Of a stretch of 64,000 bases of DNA, positions 53,780-64,000 are shown piece by piece. How positions within the stretch are numbered: the first letter of the stretch is position 1; every line of letters begins with the position of its first letter. Source of the DNA: Octopus vulgaris (Eukaryota); contig OX597818.1 of the NCBI GenBank assembly GCA_951406725.2, positions 28,830,001 through 28,894,000 of the forward strand. The letters run 5' to 3'. The notes beneath the pieces were generated by a model. It was not told the DNA's origin. It saw only the letters and a list, made by a program, of their open reading frames with translations, and ran no database searches. Both the position numbers and the translations under genes were made by a program.

Positions 53780-54031
53780 AATAAATAGTTAAATTCTTTT
53801 CACGAGACACATTTGCAGCAATATGAATGCCTCGACACTTGACTGTTTGATGAGATTTGGAAGGTATTACATTAATTTCAACTTCTTCTTTACTAGTATT
53901 TGAGTATTTTTCATACTCCAGGGTTACACTTGCTGGTGGATTACCACCTTTCCAACTGCAGCGGAATTTGGTTGGAGTATCAACACATACTTTTCCTCCA
54001 GAAACATCTAGTATCATATTTTCTGGAGAAT
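53780..54031 (-). CDS. Ig-superfamily receptor, Ig exon A (C2-set-like)
   Basis: Acceptor ccatag|AT, donor T|gtgagt; 252 nt, phase 1-1; (Y)SPENMILDVSGGKVCVDTPTKFRCSWKGGNPPASVTL...TVKCRGIHIAANVSREKNLTIY; GGNPP motif and Cys pair typical of nephrin-type Ig domains. Confidence 0.88.
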
Positions 54032-54214
54032 CTATGGATTTCAGAACATAAAGAGTTAAAAGAAAAACAAACAAAATCAAATTAGTGCACTTAATAAAAG
54101 AACAAAAAAGTAAAAAAAAAAAAACCAAAAGTATATTTTGAAGAAAATGAGCAATTTTTCAAAATTTTTTTAATATATTTCTAATAATAAAGATTTGAAC
54201 ATTGCTCACATTTG

Positions 54215-55514
54215 TAATAAATCAGGTACAATTTTGAGAGGAGGGGCTATGTCAATATCAATGACCCAAGATGGGTTCTCTCTTTTACTGGCCTTGAAGA
54301 AATGAAGTCAAGTCAATTTCAATAGAATTTGAACTCAGAATGTAAACAGGCCTAACTAAATAATGCATTGTATTTTGTCCCATCCTCTGCTGATGCTGCT
54401 TATTTACCACATTAATTACTTTGGATTTTAGGGCAGTGAGCGGGCAGAACCATTAGCATATCAGGAAAAATGCTTAGTGGCATTTCAACCAACTTTATAT
54501 TCTGAGGTCAAATTTTGCTGAGATCAACTTTGCATTTCATCCTTCCAGGGTCAATAAAATAAGTACCAAGTAGGACACTGGAGTCAACGTAATCAACTTA
54601 CTCCAACTCCTAAAATTGCAGGCCTTGTGCCAAAATATGGAACCAATAATTACTTTTGGTTTTTGCAAAAGGTCAGCAATTTCGAGGTGAAGTGTGTTAG
54701 CTGATAACATCAACCACCTGACTTTATTTCTTTATTTTTATCAACATTGGAAGGACTAAGGGTGAATTTAATCTCACTAGGAAATGAATGTGAATATTGC
54801 AACACATCTTGTTTGACACATCTTGTCTGTCAGATTGATACCATAATAATAATAATAATAACAATAATGATAATAATATAAAACTAAAGGCACAAGGCCT
54901 GGAATCTGGTGGGAGGGGACTAGTTAATTACATCAACCTCAGTATTTCACTGGTACTTAATTTATCAACTCCAAAAGGATGAAAGGCAAAGTCAACCTCT
55001 GAGGAATTTGAACTCAGAACATAGGAATGGGTGAAATACTGCTAAACATTTTGCCTGGTGTGCCAATGATTCAGCCAGCTTGCCATCTTGAATAACAATA
55101 ACCCTATTATAGGCACAAGGTCTGAAATTTTGAGGGAGGTGGGGGTTAGCCAATTACAATGAGACCCTTGTCATCTGCAAAGATGAAAGACAACCTCGTG
55201 TCATTTGAATTCAGAATATAAAGACAAATGAAATGTTGCTAAGCATTTTGTTTAGCATGCTAATGGTCCTGTCAGTTCACCGCCTTAACAATAATAATAA
55301 TGATTTCAAATTCTGGCTCAAAGTCAGCAATTTTGAGGGAGGGGCATGGTGATTACATCAATCCCAGTGTTGAACTGGCACTTATTTTATCAACCCTGAA
55401 AGGTTGAAAGGTAAAGTTGACCTCAGCAAAATTTGAACTCAAAACATACAAATGGATGAAATGTTGCTAGGAATTTTGCCTGGTGTGCTTACAATTCTGC
55501 TAGCTTACTGCCAC

Positions 55515-55553
<39 letters not shown>

Positions 55554-55740
55554 GGTGACAGTTAGACAATTTTCCAGGAATTAGTCAATATCACCAATAT
55601 TATACAATTTTATTTTGTTTTATCAACACCAAAAGAGTGAAAGGTACACCTGACCATTGCAAGAATAGAACTCAGTACATAAAGTGTTGGAACAAACACC
55701 ATAAAGCATTTTTCTAATGCTTCAAAGATTCTGCTAGTTT
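54215..55740. repeat. Cluster of ~7 copies of a ~200-bp SINE-like repeat, one inverted, separated by (AAT)n
   Basis: Recurrent ggcacaaggcc..gattacatcaac..actggtactt..gatgaaaggcaaagtcaacct..gaatttgaactcagaa; inverted copy 54430-54645; solo copies at ~21010, ~31700, ~61815. Confidence 0.8.
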
Positions 55741-56129
55741 ACTACATTAACAACAACAGCTACAATTTCTTTCATTTGCAAGCTGAGTGATGGATGAGGG
55801 AGACAATACACAAAGATGAAGATAAAATGTGGTGATTTAAATAGAATTGCATGATAAAAATGTGTAGAAAACATACACAGTAAAAATACAAAAAAAGGTA
55901 AGATGTATACATAGTTGTTGGCACCACTCATGTACAGATTTGGTTCATCTGATGCCTCCACAATGCTTAAACTTGACATGGCTCAGAAGGCCAAGTCAGG
56001 AATGGAACAACCTCAGGCATTGACTGCATGGCAGGGTGGGTGTGGACTTGGCTGGAGTTGTCAGGCCTTGCATTGCCTTCTTTTGCTTCTTCTTCAGTCT
56101 TTCTCCTCAAAAGTGGAACAACTGAAATG

Positions 56130-57120
56130 AATTGCTCTTTGCCAAGGTGGACAGTTGACAATTTCAGTTTCCAGGTATTAAGGGTGATTGCAGCTTGAAG
56201 GATAGAAGACTTCAGTTGTTCTTTGAATCTGCAGTTTGGGGGTCTTCAATGCCATTGACGAACTCACTGTAGAGGATGGGACTGTTCAGATGATATATGT
56301 CTTGACCACTTGAGGCAATGCTTGAGGATGGCAACTTCAACGCTTGGCATTTCTGAGTGATCGAGGACTTTGTAGATGATGTGTCAGTCCTGCCATTTGA
56401 TATTGAGGATCTGCTAGAGCTTAGCTGGTTGGAAATGTTCAAACTTTTTCAAGTCTTTTCAATACAGAGTCCATGTCTCACATGTGTAGAGCAAGGTGAA
56501 GATGACAAGGACATGGAACACCATGAATTTTGTTCAGAGAGGGAGCCTGTGGTTGTTGAATACATGCTTGCTGTGTCTTCTAAAAGCCAAATGAGTGGAT
56601 TTGATGCAGTGGTCGATGTCCCTTTTGTATGGTCCAGATTGTGAGAGAGTGCTGCTGAGGTACTGGAAATAACTGATGACTTCCAGTGGTGCCCCCTTTG
56701 TTGACAGTAGCTTCTAGTATTTCTTGTCCAGGAACAGACTACACAAGTATTTTCATTTTATCCTCATTCACTTCCATCCCAAAGCAATGGTAGGCTTCTA
56801 AGACAAGAGTCAAACAGAGCTGGAGGTCAACAACAGAGGCGATAGGAGTAGCACTGTCATTTGTGTACTGGAACTTCTTGATGCTGCTATTTGATGTTCA
56901 AGTTTTGGATCTTAGGCGTGCAAGGTTATAGAGTCTGCTATGCAGGTGATAGCGGATATTGACACTGAGAGAGTCATGTGGGATTTCATTGAGCATCACC
57001 ATCAGGTTGAAGGAGAACAAGGTAAGAGCCAAGATGCAGCCTTCTTTCAGACCTCTGGAGATGGAGAATGATTCAGAAAGGGCATTTAGTTTGCAAACAT
57101 CCTACCATGCTATCATAGAG
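56130..57120 (-). mobile_element. Second RTE family (BovB-like) RT remnant
   Basis: Minus strand gtctgaaagaaggctgcatcttggctcttaccttgttc (GLKEGCILALTLF), FQYLSSTLS, CETW-like. Confidence 0.6.
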
Positions 57121-57159
57121 ATATGAGATCTCACGTTGGTGATCGGTCCAGCAATCTAT

Positions 57160-58190
57160 TTGTTTGTACACTGACCACTGAAAATACTCAATAAAATTGA
57201 TAATATTTCAGGTTTTGCTTGTTATTGACCATTCTGCACATAACAGTTAACTTATTTTCTAAAAATGGATTGGTGAGAGTCAACTTGGTGGTGTATTGGC
57301 TCTGTATTGGCAATCCACGTATTATTTCACTGTGATGTCTACATGTCCTTATAAAAAGCAAAGTTTGTTTGTTTCTAGGTTGACCACTGAAAACACTAAA
57401 TAAAATTGGCAACATTTCAGGATTTTCGTATCATTTGAATTAATTTGACCATTCTGCAGATAACTGTGCACTTATTTTCTGAAAACGGAATGAAAAGGGG
57501 ACAAGTAGGAGGTATACTGGCTCCTATTTCTAGCAATTCACATACAGTCTATTTCACTGTAATGCTTTTCACAAAGTGAAGAAATACTCCACCTATTATG
57601 ACTGCTGAAAATACTAAATAAAATTGATAGTATTTCTGGTTTTGTGTGTCAAAGTGGCTGAGTTCCTTTCAAGTGTTGGGCCTCACGGAGGCAATGACCA
57701 AGACCTTTGGCATTATGTTGTGCTTGAGAAGAAGACCCATCAAGCCAAGCAAAATCACAGATGCAGCAGATACCAGTGTCACACTAACTGGCACCTGTGC
57801 CAGTGGCTCATAAACACACCCACGTGTCATGCCAGTGGCAAGTAAAAGCACCCATTACACACTCAGACTGGTTGGCGTTATGAAGGGCATCCAGCAGTAG
57901 AAAACGATGCCAAATCAGACTGGAGTCTGGTGCAGCCTTCCAGCATACCAGCCCAGTCAAACCATCCAACCCATGCCAGCACGGCCAATGGATATTAAAT
58001 GATGATGATGATTCCGCACATAACTGTACACTTATTTTCTGAAAATAGATGGGGGTGACTTGGTGGTGTATTGGCTCCTATTTCTAGCAATCTACATACT
58101 ATTTCACTGTAAAAAAACAAAGCTTGTTTGTTTTTACACTGACCATTGTAAACAATAAATATAAAAAGCAAAGTTTGTTTGTTTATGTAG
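57160..58190. repeat. Degenerate tandem repeat, ~200-bp unit x ~3.5, interrupted by an RTE 3' end (57665-58010)
   Basis: tgaccactgaaaatactaaataaaattg...ttctgcacataactgt..acttattttct...gtattggctc...tatttcactgt recurs. Confidence 0.75.
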
Positions 58191-59199
58191 TGAAAAAATA
58201 CATTTGTTAATATAGATATGTATATACATTAATACCTAATACATTATTCATCATTATCTCATTTGAATTTCGTTTTCATGTATTATCAGTTTTCATGTTA
58301 CATTTGATAACATCTATAAACAAGATTTTTTTCCTTGGTAGCAACTGTTATTTCCTATATACTTACCCCTAGAAAGTATAAAAAATGGCTTATATTCCTT
58401 TCAAACTTTGCTTTTGTTACATTTATTCAAACCCCAAAGAATCCCTCTCAACACATGGCTATAATGCTCCACCACTACTCCAGCTCACAATTAGAGATGC
58501 ACAGATTGTCAACCAATAACAGGCATGCTCAAGTGATAAAGATCAAGCAAATGACAAGCAAATATGTGGTATCAAGCAGATTATATGTTACAACAATATT
58601 TCTGCTTCAGCAGCTCAGCAGTAAATTAGTCTGAAGTTAAAAATATTTTTCATAATTCACATCGTTTCCAGACAACAATCAACTCCAACTTACAATTTTC
58701 TATTAAAAATTTACACACAAACACATACATATGTATCTATATGTATCTATATACATACATGCATATAAATATGTATGTATATGTAGCACTTGTCACTATG
58801 TCAAAATTATTCTATTGACCTGTGAACTGTTTTCATGAAGTGCATAATATATGGATACACGTAATGCATATAAACATTGTGGACCCACGTGCATGTCACT
58901 ACTAGTAATGCATGCTTCATGTATGCACTTATGCATACAAGTGTATGTCTCTATATATATGTGTGTACAATGTGATGATAGTTATAATTTAGAAATGTAT
59001 ATTATCATGATGTGCACAGCTACTTCTGTAGCGCCAAAGACTAATTGTTGCCTTAATAATAATAATGTCAAAGACTTCCAATTTACCTGAAACCTCCACC
59101 ATAGTTGCATATCCACAAAAGATAAACAGAACCGATGGAAATTTTAATTGTAATCTATGTTGCAACCTGTACCTGTACCTGCTAACTCTAGGCTGCAGG

Positions 59200-60066
59200 A
59201 CCCACTATATTCAAGCAAGCAACCGCTAAGATCCTGATTTTGCAAAGAAACAACTTCCCTCTCAGGCTTCCTAGATTCACAAGCTCAGAGCTGCTGCAAT
59301 CAATGTCAGAACAATGAAAGGTACGTCTGGTGAGATTGTTGAAATGCTTGAGTGGAGGCATGTGGGTGCAAGAGGTTATGATGAAAGTGAACCTCAACTA
59401 GACTGCTCACAAACCAAAATAGAAAAGGAGGTTATGGAAAGCTCAAGTATCCTTCAAATGGGCAAAGACTTTAGAGATGTTCTTAATGAAACCTTTCATG
59501 AGTAGGTAGAGATGGAGTCATGCAACATAGAGGACAATTGGGAGTTCTTATGGGACAATCAACAAAATGTGACAGATCAAACCTATGATTGGAGCAAAGT
59601 TTCTTTCTCTCAGACCAAGGTTGACAAAGTGGTGAAACAGTGAGATTGATGGAGTTATAAAAGAGAAGAGGCAGTCTTGGAAATAATGGAAGAGTGTGGG
59701 TACTAAAGAAACATATCAGATAGCTAAAAAAGAAGCAAGGCGTCAGGTATATTGGCTTGGGCAGAAACAGAAAGGGAGAGTTTTGCCAATGTTTTACAGT
59801 GTGAAGATCAGAGATTTGAGGTATTTCAGATTGCTAGACCGTGTGTTAGAGAGAAACAAGATGTTGTGGGGGAGAAGGATGTACCAACAGATAATGGTAC
59901 GCTTGCTCTTAGTGATCCTGAAAAGAAAGTGGCATAGAAAAGTTATTATGAAAGACTATTAAATGTGGACAATGAATGGAAGAAAGAGAGTCTCCGTCAT
60001 GTGAACCCAACACAGGGACCATCTATCCTAGTTGACAGTAGCATGATACATAAGGCAATTAAAGAT
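59200..60066 (+). mobile_element. RTE LINE remnant (endonuclease start and linker)
   Basis: NVRTMKGTSGEIVEML; FANVLQCEDQRFEVFQIARPCVRE homologous to 5240-5400. Confidence 0.8.
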
Positions 60067-61075
60067 ACGAGGTAGTATCAAAAAGTTCCCGGACTAGTTA
60101 TATTTAATACAAAATTATTTACTTACTAAGTCTTAACATCATCTCCTTCGAAATAGTCACCTTGTGTGACAATACTCTTGTCTCAGCATTCCTGCCTCTT
60201 TTGGAATCCAACCAGAAAGTTGTTTTCCATAAGTGAGTTGAGGATCTTCTGTGATTAAAAGTATTAGAACCATGAACATTGAGCTGCATTTTCATCTTGG
60301 GAAATAGATGGAATTCTGCAGGCGCTAAATTTGGTGAACATGGTGGGTGTGGAAGTCATTCCATGTTGTTTTGGGGGAGAAACTCACGAGTGAGGAGAGC
60401 TTGGTAACAGAGTACACTGTTATGAAGAATCCAATTCTTCGCACTCCATAAATCTGGTTGCTTTCACCAAATGTCCCTTCCTCAAATGTTTCAAAATATC
60501 ACAGAAGTTACAATTGACAGTCTGGCTCTGGAGGATGAACCCTCAATGCACAATATCACAGATGTCGAAGAAAATGATGAGCATGTTCTTGATTGAGCTG
60601 TGACTCTGTCGTGCCTTCTTCAGTCATGGAGATGAAGGGCTCTTCTACTGTGATGACTGCTGCTTTGTCTCAGGGTCAAACCTGTAGGCTCAACTCTTGT
60701 AACTGGTGATGATCCTTGACATAAAAGATGAGTCATCAGTGGCATACTAATGAAGATCTTGACAAACTTCAACATGATACTCTTTCCGCTCAGTAGGTGA
60801 GAGACAAACTTGGCAGAGACACACCACATGTTCAATTCAGATGTTAGGATTGCCAGCATGGACCCATACAACAGACCAACGACATCAGCAATGTCACTGA
60901 TTCCTCTGACAGTCCTCATACACAAGCTGATGAATTTTCTATATTTCCTGGGGGTGATGCTTGTTGCAGGTCTTCTAGATTGCTCAGTGTCTTTCAGGAA
61001 TGTTCTTCCACTTTTGCAGCACCTGTACCACTCAAAATATTCTGTATGATCCATTGCTTTGATACAAGAAGCCTA
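60067..61075 (-). mobile_element. Mariner-family transposon remnant
   Basis: End ta|cgaggtagtatcaaaaagttcccggact; FEWYRCCKSGR..LKDTEQSRRPATS, VSAKFVSHLL, ITSYKS-like (ITGDE). Confidence 0.75.
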
Positions 61076-62525
61076 ATTGTCCATTTTTATTATTATAATT
61101 GTGTATATGTATGTGTGCTTTAATGTATCATCATCCTTTTAATAACAAATGTTCCATGCTCACATGCAACTGTGGACATGAAGTTTTTACATGGCACTGG
61201 CAGCAGTAACATCACTAAGTAAGTAACTTGCAAGGCTAGACTCCTCAACTGAGAGGAGAAATAGTATCAAAAGCAGTGGCTTTGTGCTAAGTGATAAGAG
61301 GAATAGAGGGACAGAAAGAACTGCTTTGCAGTAGAGGAGATGCATGGCTACCTCAGCTGGTAAAAGAGGGGAAGGGTGAGAGATGATGATGTGATAATGG
61401 GGGGGGGGGGAGTACACTCAAGTTACAGGGGGTGTAAGTGATTGGATAGGGTGAGTGGGTGGGTAAGTTTATGAGAATGCAAAAGAAGAGTGAAAGGTAG
61501 AGGGGAAGGGCTGCAGCAAGTGGACAGAAGCAGACAGAGGCAGAATGTTAGGAGGATATGTTGTTGGGAAGAGATTTGACGGGGACACATTTTATGCAGG
61601 TAGGTTTACAAAGGTGCAAAGGGAGAGTGGGAGATAGAGGGGAGGGGAATACAGTGAGTGGTGAATATGGGTGGAAGGAGGGGGAGGTGTTTGGATTGTG
61701 GGGGAGAAGTTTGCCTGGAACATAGGCATAAATGACATGCCTTAATTGTCCTGATTTTACTTAGCTGGATGAATCTTCTCAAGCACAGCGAATCACCAAC
61801 TGTTTCACAGGGGTTTTGTTGATTACAATGACTCCAGTACTTGACTGGTACTTACTTTATCGACCCAAAATGATGAAAGGCAAAATCACCCTGAGGTGGA
61901 ATTTGAACTCAGGATGTAAAAACAAGAAATGCTGCTAAGCACTTTGCCCAGCTCACTGTCTTATATGGAAATAATAATAATCAAAAAACAGTATGGTATT
62001 CAATGCTTTATAGGATATATAAGTATTTCAACAAAATTCTGAATTAACTATTTAACAGTTGTAGAAATATTATGCAATTTTACATTTGACCTCATTAGTA
62101 TCTCTCAATAAATACAACAGATTTAAAGCTCCAAGTATATACACTTTTCCCAATAATAGTAAAAGTATATAGGAGTTTTGACATCTGTGGCTGCATAATG
62201 TTTCTACAAATGTGATATAAATACTTTGGCATTTTTCGGAAACACATGCATGTCCAATAAAGTGATGGATACCATACTGGTTTTTTGATTATTACTATCA
62301 TCAGTGTTGTTGTTATTTGGCTTGTATTCTGCACAGTAGCCTACCCCAAGTTTGATGCCCTGTATCATAATACATTGGATATTAGTGTGAAGTGCGGAAC
62401 CCACAAATGAGCCTGATCTTTGGCGACATATCGTACTTTACAGCGTCTTTCTTTTAATATATACTAGTGTGAACAAGCTATCTTCAAGATAGCATGTCTT
62501 ACATTGGTTTGATATCATTGTATCG

Positions 62526-62557
<32 letters not shown>

Positions 62558-62593
62558 ATAATAAAAATATGCAACAAGGGTATACAGAAGTAA

Positions 62594-62680
62594 TGCAGTA
62601 CAATCGTTTCACGTAATTCCATTTAATTGAACAATGCAATCATTACATCAATTTAAATGCAGAGCAATCCTCAGCTGCAC
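62594..62680 (-). ncRNA. Type I hammerhead ribozyme-like motif with extended stem II
   Basis: Minus strand: TGCAG-CTGAGGA-[long imperfect hairpin]-GAAAC-GATT-GTA-CTGCA; stem I pairs 5/5, GUA cleavage triplet. Confidence 0.6.
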
Positions 62681-63599
62681 AAAGAGATAGAATTTATTTA
62701 AATTAAATCAGATGGACACATTAGTATAATTTTACATAAAATCTCCAAGAAGGTAAGGAGATTTACAGAGAACATGCTATCTTCACTTCAGCTTAGAAGT
62801 TACTAAGGAAGAAAGACTTGTTACAGATTTTGCTTGTCACTGTTTTATGGGGTCAGTTTTAATTTATAGACTAGTTTATCAAATATTTGTATATCTAAGG
62901 CCAAAAGAGCAAGGAGTAATGCTTGACAGGAAGTGGGCTGAGGGAATCAACAGAAATCATAGTGGGTATAGTCATAAAAAACTATCAAGATTAATTTTGA
63001 AGCAGTATCATGAGATTTGGTAAAGGAAATCTGAAATCAAGATTTTAGTAGCCAATTAAAGGGGCAGGCCGCTATTAGACCATTTAAAATGAAACAGGGG
63101 AAATCTTATGTGGTACTATAGTTAAAAATTTGAAACATTTTAAACAATATTGCCATATTGTATAAAAGTTAAAATTTAGGGTTATTCAGAAGAATATTAA
63201 AACAAAAGGATGAAAAGATTTTTTTGAATACTTTTGAGTATATACCAAACTTTTACCACATTAGAGGGAGGAAAAGAAGTTATCTCATAATAGCTTAATA
63301 TTTATACTTATTATATACTTAAATACGAACTTATCAGATTGTATCTATGAAGATTGATCAATTAGTATATACTGGTATTTAATAAAGGTGTACTGAGGTA
63401 AGAGAGCATACTAACTATATATTAATTAAATTATAATCTAAGCAGTTTATTTTAAGGAGTGAATATACCAGTATTATTTTGTATATGCTCAGTATGAATT
63501 TATAGAGGTACAAAATTAGATTCATTTTATAAATAAATAAAGGCTATTTTAAAATAATAGATAATAAAATAATCAGGTAGGGCAGAACACCATTTTCTT

Positions 63600-64000
63600 C
63601 TAACCACTCAGTTGAAGTCGACTCTCGGTCACTCGTTGGATCAGTGTCCTCCAGTCAGTTCTATCCTGGGCCGCTTCTTTCAGACTGGCTATGTCCATTC
63701 CAGTATCACTCTTGATGGTGTCAAGCAAGCAGGTTCTTGGTTGGATTCTTCCTCTCTTGCAACTGACCATTCCGAGCATGATGTCCTTCTCCAGGGATTT
63801 TCTCTGCATAATATGACCGAAATATGCCAATCTATGCTTGGTGATCCTAGCTTCTAGCAACATTTCCGACCTTATCTGCTTAAGAACTGCTCCATTGGTG
63901 AGCATCGCTGTCAATGGAATCCGTAAAACTCTTCTCCAACACCAAAGCTTAAATGCATTAATTCTCTTCTGGTCAGCTTTCTTTAGTGTCCAGGTCTCGC
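63600..64000 (-). mobile_element. RTE (BovB-like) LINE 3' end
   Basis: RINAFKLWCWRRVLRIPL, RLAYFGHIMQRKSLEKDIMLG...KEAAQDRTDWR. Confidence 0.85.

Overview
AT-rich, repeat-dense eukaryotic genomic DNA, most consistent with a coleoid cephalopod (octopus). This is inferred from the tRNA-derived SINE families, RTE LINEs with (GAT)n tails, Penelope-like elements, Helitrons and microsatellites. One host gene runs on the minus strand across most of the window. It is a type I membrane Ig-superfamily receptor (nephrin/Kirre/sidestep/CD22-like). I could reconstruct five consecutive phase 1-1 Ig exons (53780-54031, 49677-49928, 31221-31469, 25869-26120, 20560-20868) and a TM exon (12855-12956), joining into one open frame of 472 codons; one intron needs a GC-AG donor. 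The 5' end and cytoplasmic exons were not securely found. The introns hold decayed RTE LINEs (with a PHD finger inside the RT), Tc1 and mariner copies, a Chapaev3-like transposase, Helitrons, Penelope-like elements with hammerhead-ribozyme motifs (one family also carries a tRNA-like segment), SINEs and several inverted repeats, including a near-perfect 131-bp-arm hairpin with a 14-bp TSD. Nearly all other ORFs in the track are microsatellite or antisense artefacts.
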